Below are positions 8,263-17,736 of a stretch of DNA of 36,284 nucleotides, in pieces. The notes beneath the pieces are model-generated. The model was given only the letters and a program-made list of their open reading frames with translations. It had not been told where the DNA came from and did not search any database. A program made the position numbers and the translations under genes. The DNA is from a virus (Duplodnaviria > Caudoviricetes): IMG/VR virus record IMGVR_UViG_3300024249_000019, positions 1 through 36,284 of that record; one strand, written 5' to 3'. Position 1 is the stretch's first letter, and each line of letters starts with the position of its first letter.

Positions 8263-8928
8263 ATGGCAGGTTATCTCGCCTACATCATGCCGCTCGAGGG
8301 TTCGCCCGGCCGACCGGACAATTCCCTGCCGGGTATCGGTGGGCCGGTTGATCCTGGGTATGGCGTCGGCATCGAGCGTCCGTCGCATCCGATCGCGTTA
8401 CCGCCAGGGTCGATCAGCGGCACCCCGGAGCATCCGATCTACACGCCGCCATCAGCGCCCGGGCAGCCATCGCACCCCATCGTGCTGCCCCCCAACAGCG
8501 TTGGAGGGACGCCTGAGCATCCGATCTACTATCCCCCGAATGTGTGGCCGCCTGGTGGACATCCGGCGCACCCGATTGCACCTGGAGGTGGGCCAAGCCA
8601 GGGTCCAGGCTTCCCGACACACCCGATAGCCCCTGGTGGGCAGCCGCCGGGGTTCTGGGGCGGTGTGGCGCTGCCTGGCGTGGACAATGGATTGCCTGTG
8701 CCGCCGACGACATGGCCGCCTGAGCCGATCCCGCCACTGCCGCCTGAGTTGAGCAGCCAGGTGGTGGTAGCGGTTCACAAGCCTGGACAGGACTGGGTGG
8801 TGAAGTCGTATCCCGTCGGGCCGTCGCAAGGCTTGCCAGAGCCACCCGCCGGACCATCACAGGGGCTGCCGGGGCAGCCGCCGCGTGTGGACAATACACT
8901 ACCACCCAGCGCTCAACCGAGGCGCTGA
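8263..8928 (+). CDS. proline-rich repeat protein
   Basis: AGGAG SD; six PxHPI repeats and three DNxLP repeats. Confidence 0.7.
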   Translation: MAGYLAYIMPLEGSPGRPDNSLPGIGGPVDPGYGVGIERPSHPIALPPGSISGTPEHPIYTPPSAPGQPSHPIVLPPNSVGGTPEHPIYYPPNVWPPGGHPAHPIAPGGGPSQGPGFPTHPIAPGGQPPGFWGGVALPGVDNGLPVPPTTWPPEPIPPLPPELSSQVVVAVHKPGQDWVVKSYPVGPSQGLPEPPAGPSQGLPGQPPRVDNTLPPSAQPRR

Positions 8929-8971
8929 TAGTCTCGCGGTGGGCGTGATGTGGCCGCGCCACCCCTTTCTG

Positions 8972-9514
8972 TCAGTCCAAATTAGCAAACTCGCCGAACA
9001 GCCTGATGGCAGCTTCACGATAGGCTTTGGAGGCTTCCTCAGCAGTGGCGAAAGTGCCGAGGTGGACGCCTTTGTCTCCAAACGAAATACGGGCAGTAAA
9101 TCCATTTCTTTGGTGGGCGGGCCGAACGCCTCGGTAGCCAATTCTAGGAGTCTTTCTATAGCGGGTATTGATCATGTTCTGGCTTTGGGTAGCGGCGCGC
9201 AGATTAGTAATGCTGTTGTCCCAGGAATCGCCGTTTGCATGGTCAATGCCGTTTGGCACTGGATCGCCGTAATGGATCAGCCAAGCAAGGCGATGTGCCA
9301 GGAACTTCGTCCGTCCGATAGCGATGTATAGATAGCCGTGTTTCTTGAAGCCGCCAGCAGACTTGCCTCCATAGCGTCCGTTCCATGCAGCGCACGCATG
9401 ATCAGTGCCGAACATCTCACGAGGGCGAGGCTTCCAGATGAAGCCGCCGGTTGCTGCGTCGTAGTGCAGCAATTCGCGTAACAGAGTCCGTGATGGTAGT
9501 GGTTTGACAGCCAT
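8972..9514 (-). CDS. HNH homing endonuclease with AP2 domain
   Basis: AHRLAW...IDHANGDSWDNSITNLRAATQSQN plus GYRGV...HLGTFATAEEASKAYREAAIRLFGEFA; GGAGGA SD. Confidence 0.9.
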   Translation of the reverse strand: MAVKPLPSRTLLRELLHYDAATGGFIWKPRPREMFGTDHACAAWNGRYGGKSAGGFKKHGYLYIAIGRTKFLAHRLAWLIHYGDPVPNGIDHANGDSWDNSITNLRAATQSQNMINTRYRKTPRIGYRGVRPAHQRNGFTARISFGDKGVHLGTFATAEEASKAYREAAIRLFGEFANLD

Positions 9515-9582
9515 GTCGATCCTCCGAACAGGGTCACTTGGTTAGGACGCCTCGAACCGCTTCAACGGCCGGGGCGTCCGCT
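9509..9582 (+). ncRNA. SymR-like cis-antisense RNA element 1
   Basis: CAT; GATCCT-6-AGGGTC hairpin; TTGGTTA linker; GGACGCCTCG/CGGGGCGTCC hairpin; GCT. Confidence 0.6.
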
Positions 9583-9608
9583 CTCAATACCACAATACGC
9601 ATCTTCGA

Positions 9609-9754
9609 TGCCGGAGGCTACGTCTAGGCAGGACGCAAACACCGATCGAACGGGGACGCAATATCCGGCAGGAGCCGCCCCGGCCACTCGTCGGTTCATC
9701 AGGATGGACCCCAATTCCAGTAGACGAGCGGGGGTGACAGCCGGAGAGACGGCA
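9609..9754 (+). ncRNA. candidate structured RNA (partly c-di-GMP-I/GEMM-like)
   Basis: Nested stems TGCCGGA/TCCGGCA, CCCCG/CGGGG, CTCGTC/GACGAG, GGTTCAT/ATGGACC, GCCG/CGGC; GCAAAC..GGACGCAA and GACAGCCGG motifs. Confidence 0.35.
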
Positions 9755-9777
9755 CAACAACCAACCCCAGGGGCTTC

Positions 9778-9975
9778 GTGACCGACGAGGAGACCAAGAC
9801 CGTCCTGGGGCTGGGGGGGCGGCTTATCACCGCCCTTCCGGCGCAGTTCCTGACGCTCGTTGTCATCAACGTGCTGGCGCTTGGCTTCCTGTTCTGGTTC
9901 GTGGATGCGCGGGCGAACCACACGGCCTCGGTGCTCAATCAGCTGCTGCAGGCGTGTCTACAGCGGTCGCAATAG
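9778..9975 (+). CDS. small membrane protein (possible holin-like)
   Basis: Hydrophobic FLTLVVINVLALGFLFWFV; function is a guess. Confidence 0.5.
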   Translation: MTDEETKTVLGLGGRLITALPAQFLTLVVINVLALGFLFWFVDARANHTASVLNQLLQACLQRSQ

Positions 9976-9978
9976 GCC

Positions 9979-10016
9979 AAAAGAAAAGGCCCCGCACTCA
10001 CACAGGAGAGCGGGGC
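9979..10016 (-). terminator. intrinsic terminator on minus strand
   Basis: Minus: GCCCCGC-T-CTC loop GAG-T-GCGGGGC followed by CTTTTCTTTT. Confidence 0.6.
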
Positions 10017-10086
10017 GCCGGAAGGTTCCTTGGTTCGTTATCGCATCCCCACCATAGCGCGCGGAGTGCGGCCATGCCAGCCAGCA

Positions 10087-10358
10087 TGAAACACGTCATC
10101 AGCGTGCCCTGGACCGACGAGGAGCGCACCCTGCTGCGCCAACTCCGCGCCAACGGCCTCGGCCCAGTGCTGATCGGCAGAATGATGGGGCGGTCCAAGT
10201 ACTCCGTGAACAAGCAGATCCAGGCCATGAGGCTGGCAGCACGGCCCCCGGCGCCAGATATGACGCCGCAGCCACGTCAGAGACCAGCCCAGCCCTTGCG
10301 GCCTGGCGCGCGCACCCTGCCGCCATTGCCGAGCGAGATGCATGACGATCGCGCTTGA
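10087..10358 (+). CDS. GcrA/Myb-like HTH protein
   Basis: WTDEERTLLRQLRANGLGPVLIGRMMGRSKYSV; exact start uncertain. Confidence 0.55.
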
Positions 10359-10653
10359 TTTTTACGCTCCGGGTTTTTTGGACCTTGAGGAGCGAGGAGA
10401 TCTCGTGGGGGAGACGCGTTACCGCACCACCGCGCTGGTGCGCGACGACGATCAGAAATTAGCGCTCAGAGTGGCCATTGACGATGACGGGGAGAGCGAG
10501 GGGGTAACGATCCAGCTAAGCCGCTACCACGCGGAGGATAAAGCAACCGGCAAAGCCTATCATGTTCGCATGGAAGCCTACCTCGAATGGAGCGATGTTG
10601 GGCGTATCCATGCGTTCCTGGGGCACCTCCTGGCGGTCTATCAGCAGCCATGA
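10342..10653 (+). CDS. hypothetical protein
   Basis: Globular-looking 103-aa ORF whose stop overlaps the terminase ATG. Confidence 0.55.
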   Translation: MTIALDFYAPGFLDLEERGDLVGETRYRTTALVRDDDQKLALRVAIDDDGESEGVTIQLSRYHAEDKATGKAYHVRMEAYLEWSDVGRIHAFLGHLLAVYQQP

Positions 10654-12119
10654 GCGACACCGCGACCGACTATGCAGAAACTATGCCCCCATCGTGGGCC
10701 GAGGCGATTGCGCGGGCGCCCAATCCCTATGAGGTGTCATTAGCCAGATATGCCCGTGCACCGATTGCGTTTGTCAGGGAAGTTTTATTAGCGGAACCCG
10801 ACGAGTGGCAGCTGAAGGTGCTGCGCGCCCTGGCCAGAGGGCATACACGCATCGCGGTGCGATCGTGCCATGGGCCGGGCAAGACCGCGCTGGCGGCCTG
10901 GGTGGCGGTGTGGTTCAGCAATACGCGGGCCCCGTTCAAGCTGGCGATGACGGCACCGAGCGCCCCGCAGCTGTTCGATGCGCTGTATCCGGAGCTGATC
11001 AAATGGCTCGACCGGCTGCCTGGTGCGTGGCGCGAGCTGTGGCATGTGACGTCCGATCATATCACGCTGAAATCCAACCCCGAGTGCTTTATCACCGCGA
11101 GGACATCGCGGCAGGAAACGCCCGAGGCGCTGGCGGGCTTGCACAGCGACAACATCCTGCTGGTGGTGGACGAGGCGAGCGGCGTGCCCGAGCAGGTGTT
11201 CGAGGCGGCATCAGGCTCGATGAGCAGCGCAGGGGCAATAACGCTGCTCATCGGCAACCCGACACGATCATCGGGGTTCTTCTGGAAGACGTTTAATTTG
11301 GAGCGGGACCGCTGGTTCTGCATGAAGGTCGGCCACCTCGACAGCCCACGGGTCACCGCCGACTACGCCGAGGAGGTTGCCGGACGCTACGGCATCGACA
11401 GCAACGCGTATCGCGTGCGCGTGCTGGGTGAGTTCCCGCTGGCCGATGCGGACACCATGATTGCAGCCGAACTGATCGACAGCGCGATGCTCCGCGACGT
11501 GGCGCTCGACAGCACCGAGCCCGAGATCTGGGGCGTTGATGTCGCGAGATTTGGGACGGATGCCAGCGTGCTGATCAAGCGCCGCGGCAACGTTGTTCCT
11601 GAGATGCCCAGAAGCTTCCACCAGGTCGACACTATGATGCTGGCAGGGGCCATAAAAGCGGAATGGGACGCGGCGAGCGCCAGCCGGCCGACGTTGATCT
11701 GTATCGACGTCATAGGGATTGGTGCGGGGGTGGTGGACCGGCTGAATGAGCAGGGGTTGCCGATCCTGGGCGTGAATGTGTCGGAGTCACCGAGTACCAC
11801 CGGGCGGTATGCCAAGCTGCGCGACGAGCTGTGGGAGCGCTGCGGCCAGTGGCTGGCCACGCGCGCGGTGCGGCTGCCCCGCCACGACCGGCTGCGCGAT
11901 GACCTGGCGGCACCACGCTATACGCATCTGAGCGACGGCCGGCTGAAGGTCGAGGATAAGAACTCCATGCGGGCTCGAGGATTGCCATCATGTGATTACG
12001 CCGATGCGCTCAACCTGACGTTCTGCCAGCAGGGGCTGGGGGTGGGCTCGGGCATGAGCGGCGGGATTTATGACCAGCGGGGGATGCGGATGGATCTGGG
12101 CGCGGAGGTGGAGGTATGA
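10650..12119 (+). CDS. terL: terminase large subunit
   Basis: Walker A SCHGPGKT, Walker B LLVVDEA, coupling motif IGNPT, RNase H-like WGVDVARFGTD and DYADA. Confidence 0.93.
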   Translation: MSDTATDYAETMPPSWAEAIARAPNPYEVSLARYARAPIAFVREVLLAEPDEWQLKVLRALARGHTRIAVRSCHGPGKTALAAWVAVWFSNTRAPFKLAMTAPSAPQLFDALYPELIKWLDRLPGAWRELWHVTSDHITLKSNPECFITARTSRQETPEALAGLHSDNILLVVDEASGVPEQVFEAASGSMSSAGAITLLIGNPTRSSGFFWKTFNLERDRWFCMKVGHLDSPRVTADYAEEVAGRYGIDSNAYRVRVLGEFPLADADTMIAAELIDSAMLRDVALDSTEPEIWGVDVARFGTDASVLIKRRGNVVPEMPRSFHQVDTMMLAGAIKAEWDAASASRPTLICIDVIGIGAGVVDRLNEQGLPILGVNVSESPSTTGRYAKLRDELWERCGQWLATRAVRLPRHDRLRDDLAAPRYTHLSDGRLKVEDKNSMRARGLPSCDYADALNLTFCQQGLGVGSGMSGGIYDQRGMRMDLGAEVEV

Positions 12120-12610
12120 GCGGCACCCAGGGACTGCTTGGCCCTACGGTTGCGTCCGGCATCACCCCCGACAGCGACCAGGGCCAGTTGGCCAGCGCCA
12201 TCAGCAGCTTCTTCGGCGGCGGCGCACCGCAGTTCCAGACGCAGACGCCCCAGGCCCCGGCCCCGGCGCCCATGCCCACGTATGACCGGTGGGGCCGGCC
12301 GCAGGGGGCCGGCGCCCTGCCCTCGCTCAATGTCGGGCCAGGGCTGGCGCAGGCACCCACGGGAGCAGTGACCCCTGGCCCGTCGGGCTACGACATGTGG
12401 GGACGGCAGGCGCCACCAGCACCGCAGGCACAGGCTGCACCCCAGCTTCCCGGCCTCGCCGACATCCTGGCGATGATCCAGGCCGAGCAGATGCGCCAGG
12501 CGCTGGCCAACGCCAACGCACCCCAGGGGCTGCTGGGCGGCCCAACTGGAAACGAGGGCGGGGCCGGCGGCTCAGCCGACCACGGCGGCGCCGATAGCGG
12601 GGTGATATGA
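12116..12610 (+). CDS. Pro/Gln/Ala-rich hypothetical protein
   Basis: GGAGG SD, ATGA overlaps both sides; duplicated YDxWGR. Confidence 0.6.
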   Translation: MSGTQGLLGPTVASGITPDSDQGQLASAISSFFGGGAPQFQTQTPQAPAPAPMPTYDRWGRPQGAGALPSLNVGPGLAQAPTGAVTPGPSGYDMWGRQAPPAPQAQAAPQLPGLADILAMIQAEQMRQALANANAPQGLLGGPTGNEGGAGGSADHGGADSGVI

Positions 12611-12789
12611 GCGGACTGACGCCGGATCAGCAGCGCGCGCTGTCCGCGTGTCAGGCGATCTGCATCATCCTCGCGGAGGATGTGTTCGCGCGGATCGATG
12701 GCGTCGGTGACGTGACCCAGGACGAGTGGATGGAAGATAAACGAGCAGAACTGAGCTTCTGGCTGAAGCAATTGAAAGAGCCGGTATGA
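12607..12789 (+). CDS. hypothetical protein (60 aa)
   Basis: ATGA overlap; flanked by 12-bp direct repeat TATGAGCGGACT. Confidence 0.5.
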   Translation: MSGLTPDQQRALSACQAICIILAEDVFARIDGVGDVTQDEWMEDKRAELSFWLKQLKEPV

Positions 12790-12794
12790 GCGGA

Positions 12795-13334
12795 CTAATT
12801 ACGAGCAAATGCACCGTGCAGGCGCTTCGCGGCCTTTCTGCGCGCTGCGGCAGCCTCCTCCATAGTATCAAATGTGCCGATATGATGAGGACGACGGTTT
12901 TTCATCACACGAGCCACAAATCTACCGGTGAGCTTAATCCGGAATACGCCTTTTACCCCCGTTGTGCTATTGCGATGCCCCCGTTGGTTGGCGAGGTTCC
13001 CAGGGTAGTCAGCCAGTCGAAGGTTTGCGATCCGGTTATTCCATTCGTGACCATCAATGTGGTCGATTATGAGCGGAACTGGTTCGCCGTAGGCCAGCAG
13101 CCATGCGAGCCTGTGGGCCATGAACCTGGAGCGATTTATGTAGATGGCAAGGTAGCCATCAGTTCTCGCGGAACCCGCAAAAGTGCCAGCATATCTCGTA
13201 TTCCACCTGGCACACTCTCGCGCGCTGCTGAAGTGGTGCGCTGGCCTGATGCGCCATTGGAATATTCCGCGATCAGGACTGTAATCGAGGCACTCGCAGA
13301 CATACTCGCGATCTGGCAGCGTCTTAGTAGCCAT
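12795..13334 (-). CDS. HNH homing endonuclease with AP2 domain (paralogue of 8972-9514)
   Basis: AHRLAW...IDHIDGHEWNNRIANLRLA...GVKGV...HIGTFDTMEEAAAAR; GGAGGA SD places start at MATKTLP. Confidence 0.9.
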   Translation of the reverse strand: MATKTLPDREYVCECLDYSPDRGIFQWRIRPAHHFSSARECARWNTRYAGTFAGSARTDGYLAIYINRSRFMAHRLAWLLAYGEPVPLIIDHIDGHEWNNRIANLRLADYPGNLANQRGHRNSTTGVKGVFRIKLTGRFVARVMKNRRPHHIGTFDTMEEAAAARRKAAKRLHGAFARN

Positions 13335-13400
13335 CTGATCCTCCTTCCAGGGTCGTTGGTCAGGAGAGCGGTGGCGTGGCAAGCGTCGCCGTTCTCCGCT
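13329..13400 (+). ncRNA. SymR-like cis-antisense RNA element 2
   Basis: CAT; GATCCT-6-AGGGTC; TTGGTCA; 14-bp hairpin with three G-U pairs on + strand; GCT. Confidence 0.6.
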
Positions 13401-13411
13401 GGAGCAATATC

Positions 13412-16141
13412 ATGAGCGGGCTTGTGGCGCGACCTCAATCGTTGCCTTTCGGTGGCCTGCTTGGTGCGGCGCCGCAAGGCGGGATTATGTCCCCAATGAT
13501 GGGCGGCGTCCCCCCGCTTCCACCACTCCCGAACTTAGTGCCGTCCGGCATGCAGCCTCAGGGGCTAAACGTGGGAAGCGAGCAAATGCTCGCATACTTA
13601 GTGCCACAGCCCCGGGCGGACATTCCACCAGATGGCGATCTTGATCTACCGCCATCGCTGCGGCGTTATGCGGCTGGGTTACGTCCTACAGTAAAACCGG
13701 CTGGTGTAAAATGGCAACAGGAGATTTTATTCGAGCGACTGGGGAAGGACGATCGCGAGATTGAGGCGGTGGCGCAGTATTACTTCAAGATTGCGCAGAA
13801 CTACGACATGTATCTGAGCAAGGAGCGCATCACCGCATCGCAGTATTATGACGGGCGGCCACTGGGCGATGAAACACCCGGGCGCTCACAGATCGTGTTG
13901 ACGGTTGTCCGCGATACCATCCGCAGCACGCTACCAAGCCTGCTGCGCGTGTTCACCGGGGTCGAGGATCCAGTCAGCTTTGAACCGATTTCATCTGAGA
14001 TCACCGGCAACGACCAGCTGGCGACGATGCTGGCGCGCCAGGCGACCGACTATGCCCGCTGGGCGCTGTTTACCGCCAACCACGGCTGGCAGGTGCTGCA
14101 CGACGTATTGTTGGACGCTCTGACCCGCAAGGCTGGGTGGGCGCGCTGGTATTGGGGCAAGCGCGAACAAGTGCGGACGGATGTCTGCGAGGGCCTGTTG
14201 CAGCCACAGCTGCAAATGCTGCTGGTCCAGCCAGGCATCGAGGCGCAGCGCATCGTGCGCCGGCCGATGACCGACGAAGAGCAGAGCGTTATGCTGAAGA
14301 CCCCCGACGGGGCGATGTACCTGAGCCAGGGCGGCGCCCCCGAGATGTGGGCCGCGACCATCACCCGCACCGCGCAGCAGAACTGGCCGTGCGTCGAGGC
14401 GGTGCCGGCCGAGTGCGTCTGGGTGGTGGCCGACGCGAATGATGTCGGGACGGCGCGCGGCATCTTTCACGTCAGGGACGTCCCGGCATCCGACCTGATC
14501 GAGATGGGGCTGCCGGCAGACAAGATCCTGGCCTACTGCGATACCATGCCGCGGCCGCAGCAGCGCCGCGAGATGATCGCGCGCAACCCGGCGCAGGGGC
14601 TCAACATCAAGGCCTCGCCCCCGAATGACCGCAGCATGGGCATCTGTCGCTACGCCGAGGGCTGGATCCGCTGCGATACCGACAATGATCACAAGGCGGA
14701 ACTCATTCACGTCCATATGCTGGGCAATGCCACGAAGCTGATCCAGTGGGAGCGCTGCGACGAGATCCCGCTGGCATGCTTCACGCCGTATCGCGAGCCG
14801 GGGCGCCTGATCGGCTATTCGCAGGCCGACATGGTGATGGACCTGCAGCGGGTTGAGAGCCGGGTGATGCGGGCGACGCTGGACAGCCTGGCGCAGTCTA
14901 TGTTCCCCAGGACGGTCGTTACGTTGGGGCAAGTGAACCTCGCGGATGCCAGACAAACCGCCATCGGGTCGATCATCCGGACGACGCAGCCGGGGGCGGT
15001 GACCGAGCTGGTGAAGCCCTATACCGGCGAGGCCGCGATCGCCATGCTGCAGGTGCTCGAGGCGGTGCGGGAGAGCCGCACCGGCATCACGCGGGCGTCG
15101 CAGGGCCTCACCGTGGACGAGCTGCAGTCGACCGCGCCCGTGGCCGTCTCGGCGCAGACCGGCGCCGCGCAGGACCGCCTTGATATGGTGGCGCGGACAT
15201 TGGCCGAGACCGGGCTGGCGCCGCTGTATGCCGGGCTGCTGAAGATGATGGCGCGGCATCAGGACCGGCCGAACGTCTATCGCATTCGGGGCCAGTGGGC
15301 GGCGATCGATCCGCGCGCGCTCGGCGTGATGTGGCAGACCTCCGTGAATGTCGGCGGCAAGGGCATGCCGATGGAGCGGCTCGCGATGCTGGCGCAGATC
15401 GCCGCCAAGCAGGAGATGATCATGGGCTCGCAAGGGCTCGATAACCCGCTGGTCGGCGTGCCGGAATATCGGAATACGCTCTCGCGTATGTTGGAAACCG
15501 CGAATATTGCCGATGTGTCGTCATATTTTAAGGCGTTGCCCCCCGGGTTCGTCCCGCCACCACAACCACAGCAGCCGAACCCCGATCTGCTGCTTGCGCA
15601 AGTACAGGCCGGCAAGACGGCGGCGGATGTCGAGAACGACCGGGCGTCGGAACAAACCAAGCGGGCGCAGATGTTGACCGAGGATGACCTGAACCGGGAC
15701 AAGGCGGCATTGGACGCGTGGACGAAAACGTGGGTCGCCGGCGCCCAGTTCGGCACCCCGGTGCCGAGCCTGACGGAATTCCAGCAGGCCATGGCGAGCA
15801 AGGGGCCGGGCATCCAGCTGCTCGGCGATCTGCCGCCCCCCACCAGCCCGCAGATGCCCGCCACCGCCGGGCCACCGCCAGGCCAGCAGCCGCCCCAGAA
15901 GCCGCCAGGGGCGCCACAGGGGCCAATGGCACCCACCATGCAGCCACCACGCCCGGCGCAGCCCATGGGGCCACCAGCGGGCAGCTTCAACCCGGCCCAG
16001 GCCATGGCCACGCGCCAGGCACTGATGTCGGGGCAGATGCCCACGGCGTATGGTGCCATCGCGGCCAATGCGGCGGGCAAGTCGCTGTTTGGGCCTGGGG
16101 GCCCACCGCTTCCAAGGCCACCACAACCATCAGGGCAATAG
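13412..16141 (+). CDS. portal protein with Pro/Gln-rich extensions
   Basis: Large ORF between TerL and scaffold; GGAG SD; P22-like portal character (YYDG..GRSQIV..VRDTI...ESRTGITRASQG..TA). Confidence 0.85.
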   Translation: MSGLVARPQSLPFGGLLGAAPQGGIMSPMMGGVPPLPPLPNLVPSGMQPQGLNVGSEQMLAYLVPQPRADIPPDGDLDLPPSLRRYAAGLRPTVKPAGVKWQQEILFERLGKDDREIEAVAQYYFKIAQNYDMYLSKERITASQYYDGRPLGDETPGRSQIVLTVVRDTIRSTLPSLLRVFTGVEDPVSFEPISSEITGNDQLATMLARQATDYARWALFTANHGWQVLHDVLLDALTRKAGWARWYWGKREQVRTDVCEGLLQPQLQMLLVQPGIEAQRIVRRPMTDEEQSVMLKTPDGAMYLSQGGAPEMWAATITRTAQQNWPCVEAVPAECVWVVADANDVGTARGIFHVRDVPASDLIEMGLPADKILAYCDTMPRPQQRREMIARNPAQGLNIKASPPNDRSMGICRYAEGWIRCDTDNDHKAELIHVHMLGNATKLIQWERCDEIPLACFTPYREPGRLIGYSQADMVMDLQRVESRVMRATLDSLAQSMFPRTVVTLGQVNLADARQTAIGSIIRTTQPGAVTELVKPYTGEAAIAMLQVLEAVRESRTGITRASQGLTVDELQSTAPVAVSAQTGAAQDRLDMVARTLAETGLAPLYAGLLKMMARHQDRPNVYRIRGQWAAIDPRALGVMWQTSVNVGGKGMPMERLAMLAQIAAKQEMIMGSQGLDNPLVGVPEYRNTLSRMLETANIADVSSYFKALPPGFVPPPQPQQPNPDLLLAQVQAGKTAADVENDRASEQTKRAQMLTEDDLNRDKAALDAWTKTWVAGAQFGTPVPSLTEFQQAMASKGPGIQLLGDLPPPTSPQMPATAGPPPGQQPPQKPPGAPQGPMAPTMQPPRPAQPMGPPAGSFNPAQAMATRQALMSGQMPTAYGAIAANAAGKSLFGPGGPPLPRPPQPSGQ

Positions 16142-16150
16142 GAGGACACC

Positions 16151-16321
16151 ATGGTCACACGAGCCAGCGGGAGCCAGTCGACGAAAACCGTGCCCCGTCA
16201 GGGCCAGAACAAGCCCGTCGCCGGTGGGCCGGCTGGGGCGGGTAAGGCGCGCGGTGCCGCGTCGCTGCCGTCCATCAGCCGCACCACGGCGCCCCCGAGC
16301 AAGCAGCCCGCCAAGCGGTGA
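16151..16321 (+). CDS. small basic protein (56 aa)
   Basis: GGAGG SD; stop overlaps next GTG. Confidence 0.5.
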   Translation: MVTRASGSQSTKTVPRQGQNKPVAGGPAGAGKARGAASLPSISRTTAPPSKQPAKR

Positions 16322-16590
16322 GCGACCTCTCACGCGAGGAGCGGCACGAGATCCAGCGCCGCGGCAGTGAGGCCCACCGCCTGCTGCAGGACCGCGAGCT
16401 GATGGACATGCTCTCCTTTATCCGCGAGGGCGCGGTCACCACCGCGGTGCATGGCACCGATGCCCGCGAGCGCGAGGACGCCCGCAACCTCGCGCGCGCC
16501 ATCGATCACCTCGCCACCGAGATGCGCACCCGGCTCGATACCGCGCTGCTGCAGAACCAGCGCGAGACCGATGCCCGGCGGTTTGAGTGA
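16318..16590 (+). CDS. small helical protein between portal and scaffold
   Basis: Position typical of podophage head modules. Confidence 0.6.
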   Translation: MSDLSREERHEIQRRGSEAHRLLQDRELMDMLSFIREGAVTTAVHGTDAREREDARNLARAIDHLATEMRTRLDTALLQNQRETDARRFE

Positions 16591-16599
16591 GGATGCACC

Positions 16600-17736
16600 A
16601 TGAGTGAGAGTAGCAGCGCCGCGCCAGCCGCGCCGGCAGCCCCCGCAGCAGCCCAGCCGGCCACCCCGGCACCGGCCTCCAACGACGCCGCCCTGGCCAA
16701 CGCCCCAGCCCCCGCGTCACAGGAGGCCATCAGCCTCTCCGATGCCGGCCGTATGCTGGCCGCCAAGCGGCGCCAGGACGCGGCAACCGCACGCCTCAAT
16801 CCCGTGCAGCAGGGGCCGGGAGAGGCACGCCTCACTACGGCGCCCGCACAGCCCGCAGCGCCGGCGTCAGCACAACCCAAGCCCGCCGAGGCGACCGACA
16901 GCTACGACACCATCGCCAAGGCGCTGGGGCTCGAGCAGGGCGTGGCCCCGACGGCCGATGAGGGCGCACCAGCTGGTGAGACGCCCACCGATGGCGTCTA
17001 TACGATCGATGGCCACCGCGTCACCGCCGCCCAGATCAGGACTGCGATGGGGCAGGCGGCCGACTATACGAGGAAGACCCAGGAGCTCGCCCAGCAACGC
17101 CAGCAGCTGCAGCAGCAGGCCGAGGCGCTGGCCACCGTGCTGCCGCATATCCAGCCGGAATTGCAAAAACTCGGGCAGCAACTGCAGGGCGCCACCCCAC
17201 CCGATCCAGGAATGATCGAAACCGATCCCCAGGGGTATCTGCGGCAATTCGCGGCGTATCAGCAGGCCACTGCCGAACAACAGAGGTTGGGCACCCTCAC
17301 TCAGTTGCAGCAGCAGGCCTACGAGCGCTCGATGATGCAGCAGGTGGAAGCCGGCAATAAGGTGCTCAGCGAGAAGTACGAATTCTGGCGCGATGATGCA
17401 CAGCGGGCCGCGGTGCAACGCGATATCGCGGCATGGGCAACCGCCAAGGGCGGATACTCACGGCAGGAGCTGCAGGGGCTGTCCGATCCGCGCCACGTCG
17501 AAAGCATGATGAAAGCGATGATGTGGGACAAGATGGTGGAAGGCGCCAAGACCCGCGCGCCCGCCCCGGTGCAGACCGCACGCGTCCGCGGCACCCCGCC
17601 CCCACCACCCGCCGCCGCCGCCGTGCAGGCGCTCGAGCAGGCGTTCGAGGCCGCACCCAATGCGCGCAATGCCGCCGCGTTGTTGAGCGCACGACGCTCG
17701 GCCGCCGCCGGCAGCAACGGCAGCGGGCGGTATTGA
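16600..17736 (+). CDS. capsid scaffolding protein
   Basis: GAGG SD; YTIDG..VT...ADYTRKTQELA motif, coiled coil, directly upstream of capsid gene. Confidence 0.8.
   Translation: MSESSSAAPAAPAAPAAAQPATPAPASNDAALANAPAPASQEAISLSDAGRMLAAKRRQDAATARLNPVQQGPGEARLTTAPAQPAAPASAQPKPAEATDSYDTIAKALGLEQGVAPTADEGAPAGETPTDGVYTIDGHRVTAAQIRTAMGQAADYTRKTQELAQQRQQLQQQAEALATVLPHIQPELQKLGQQLQGATPPDPGMIETDPQGYLRQFAAYQQATAEQQRLGTLTQLQQQAYERSMMQQVEAGNKVLSEKYEFWRDDAQRAAVQRDIAAWATAKGGYSRQELQGLSDPRHVESMMKAMMWDKMVEGAKTRAPAPVQTARVRGTPPPPPAAAAVQALEQAFEAAPNARNAAALLSARRSAAAGSNGSGRY

Noticed and set aside
9541-9547. GTTAGG linkers as integron attC core sites
   Set aside because: None matches GTTRRRY fully, there is no inverse core RYYYAAC and no integron integrase
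9545-9579. Hairpin 2 of the repeated elements as simple intrinsic terminators or IS ends
   Set aside because: No U-tract on either side, no transposase, and the linker plus anti-SD hairpin are also conserved
6976-9975. Complete lysis cassette
   Set aside because: Only small membrane proteins are visible; no endolysin or spanin could be recognised in this window
13991-15433. Long minus-strand ORFs (480 aa here, also 29968-30999 and others)
   Set aside because: Shadow frames of GC-rich + strand genes with no recognisable motifs
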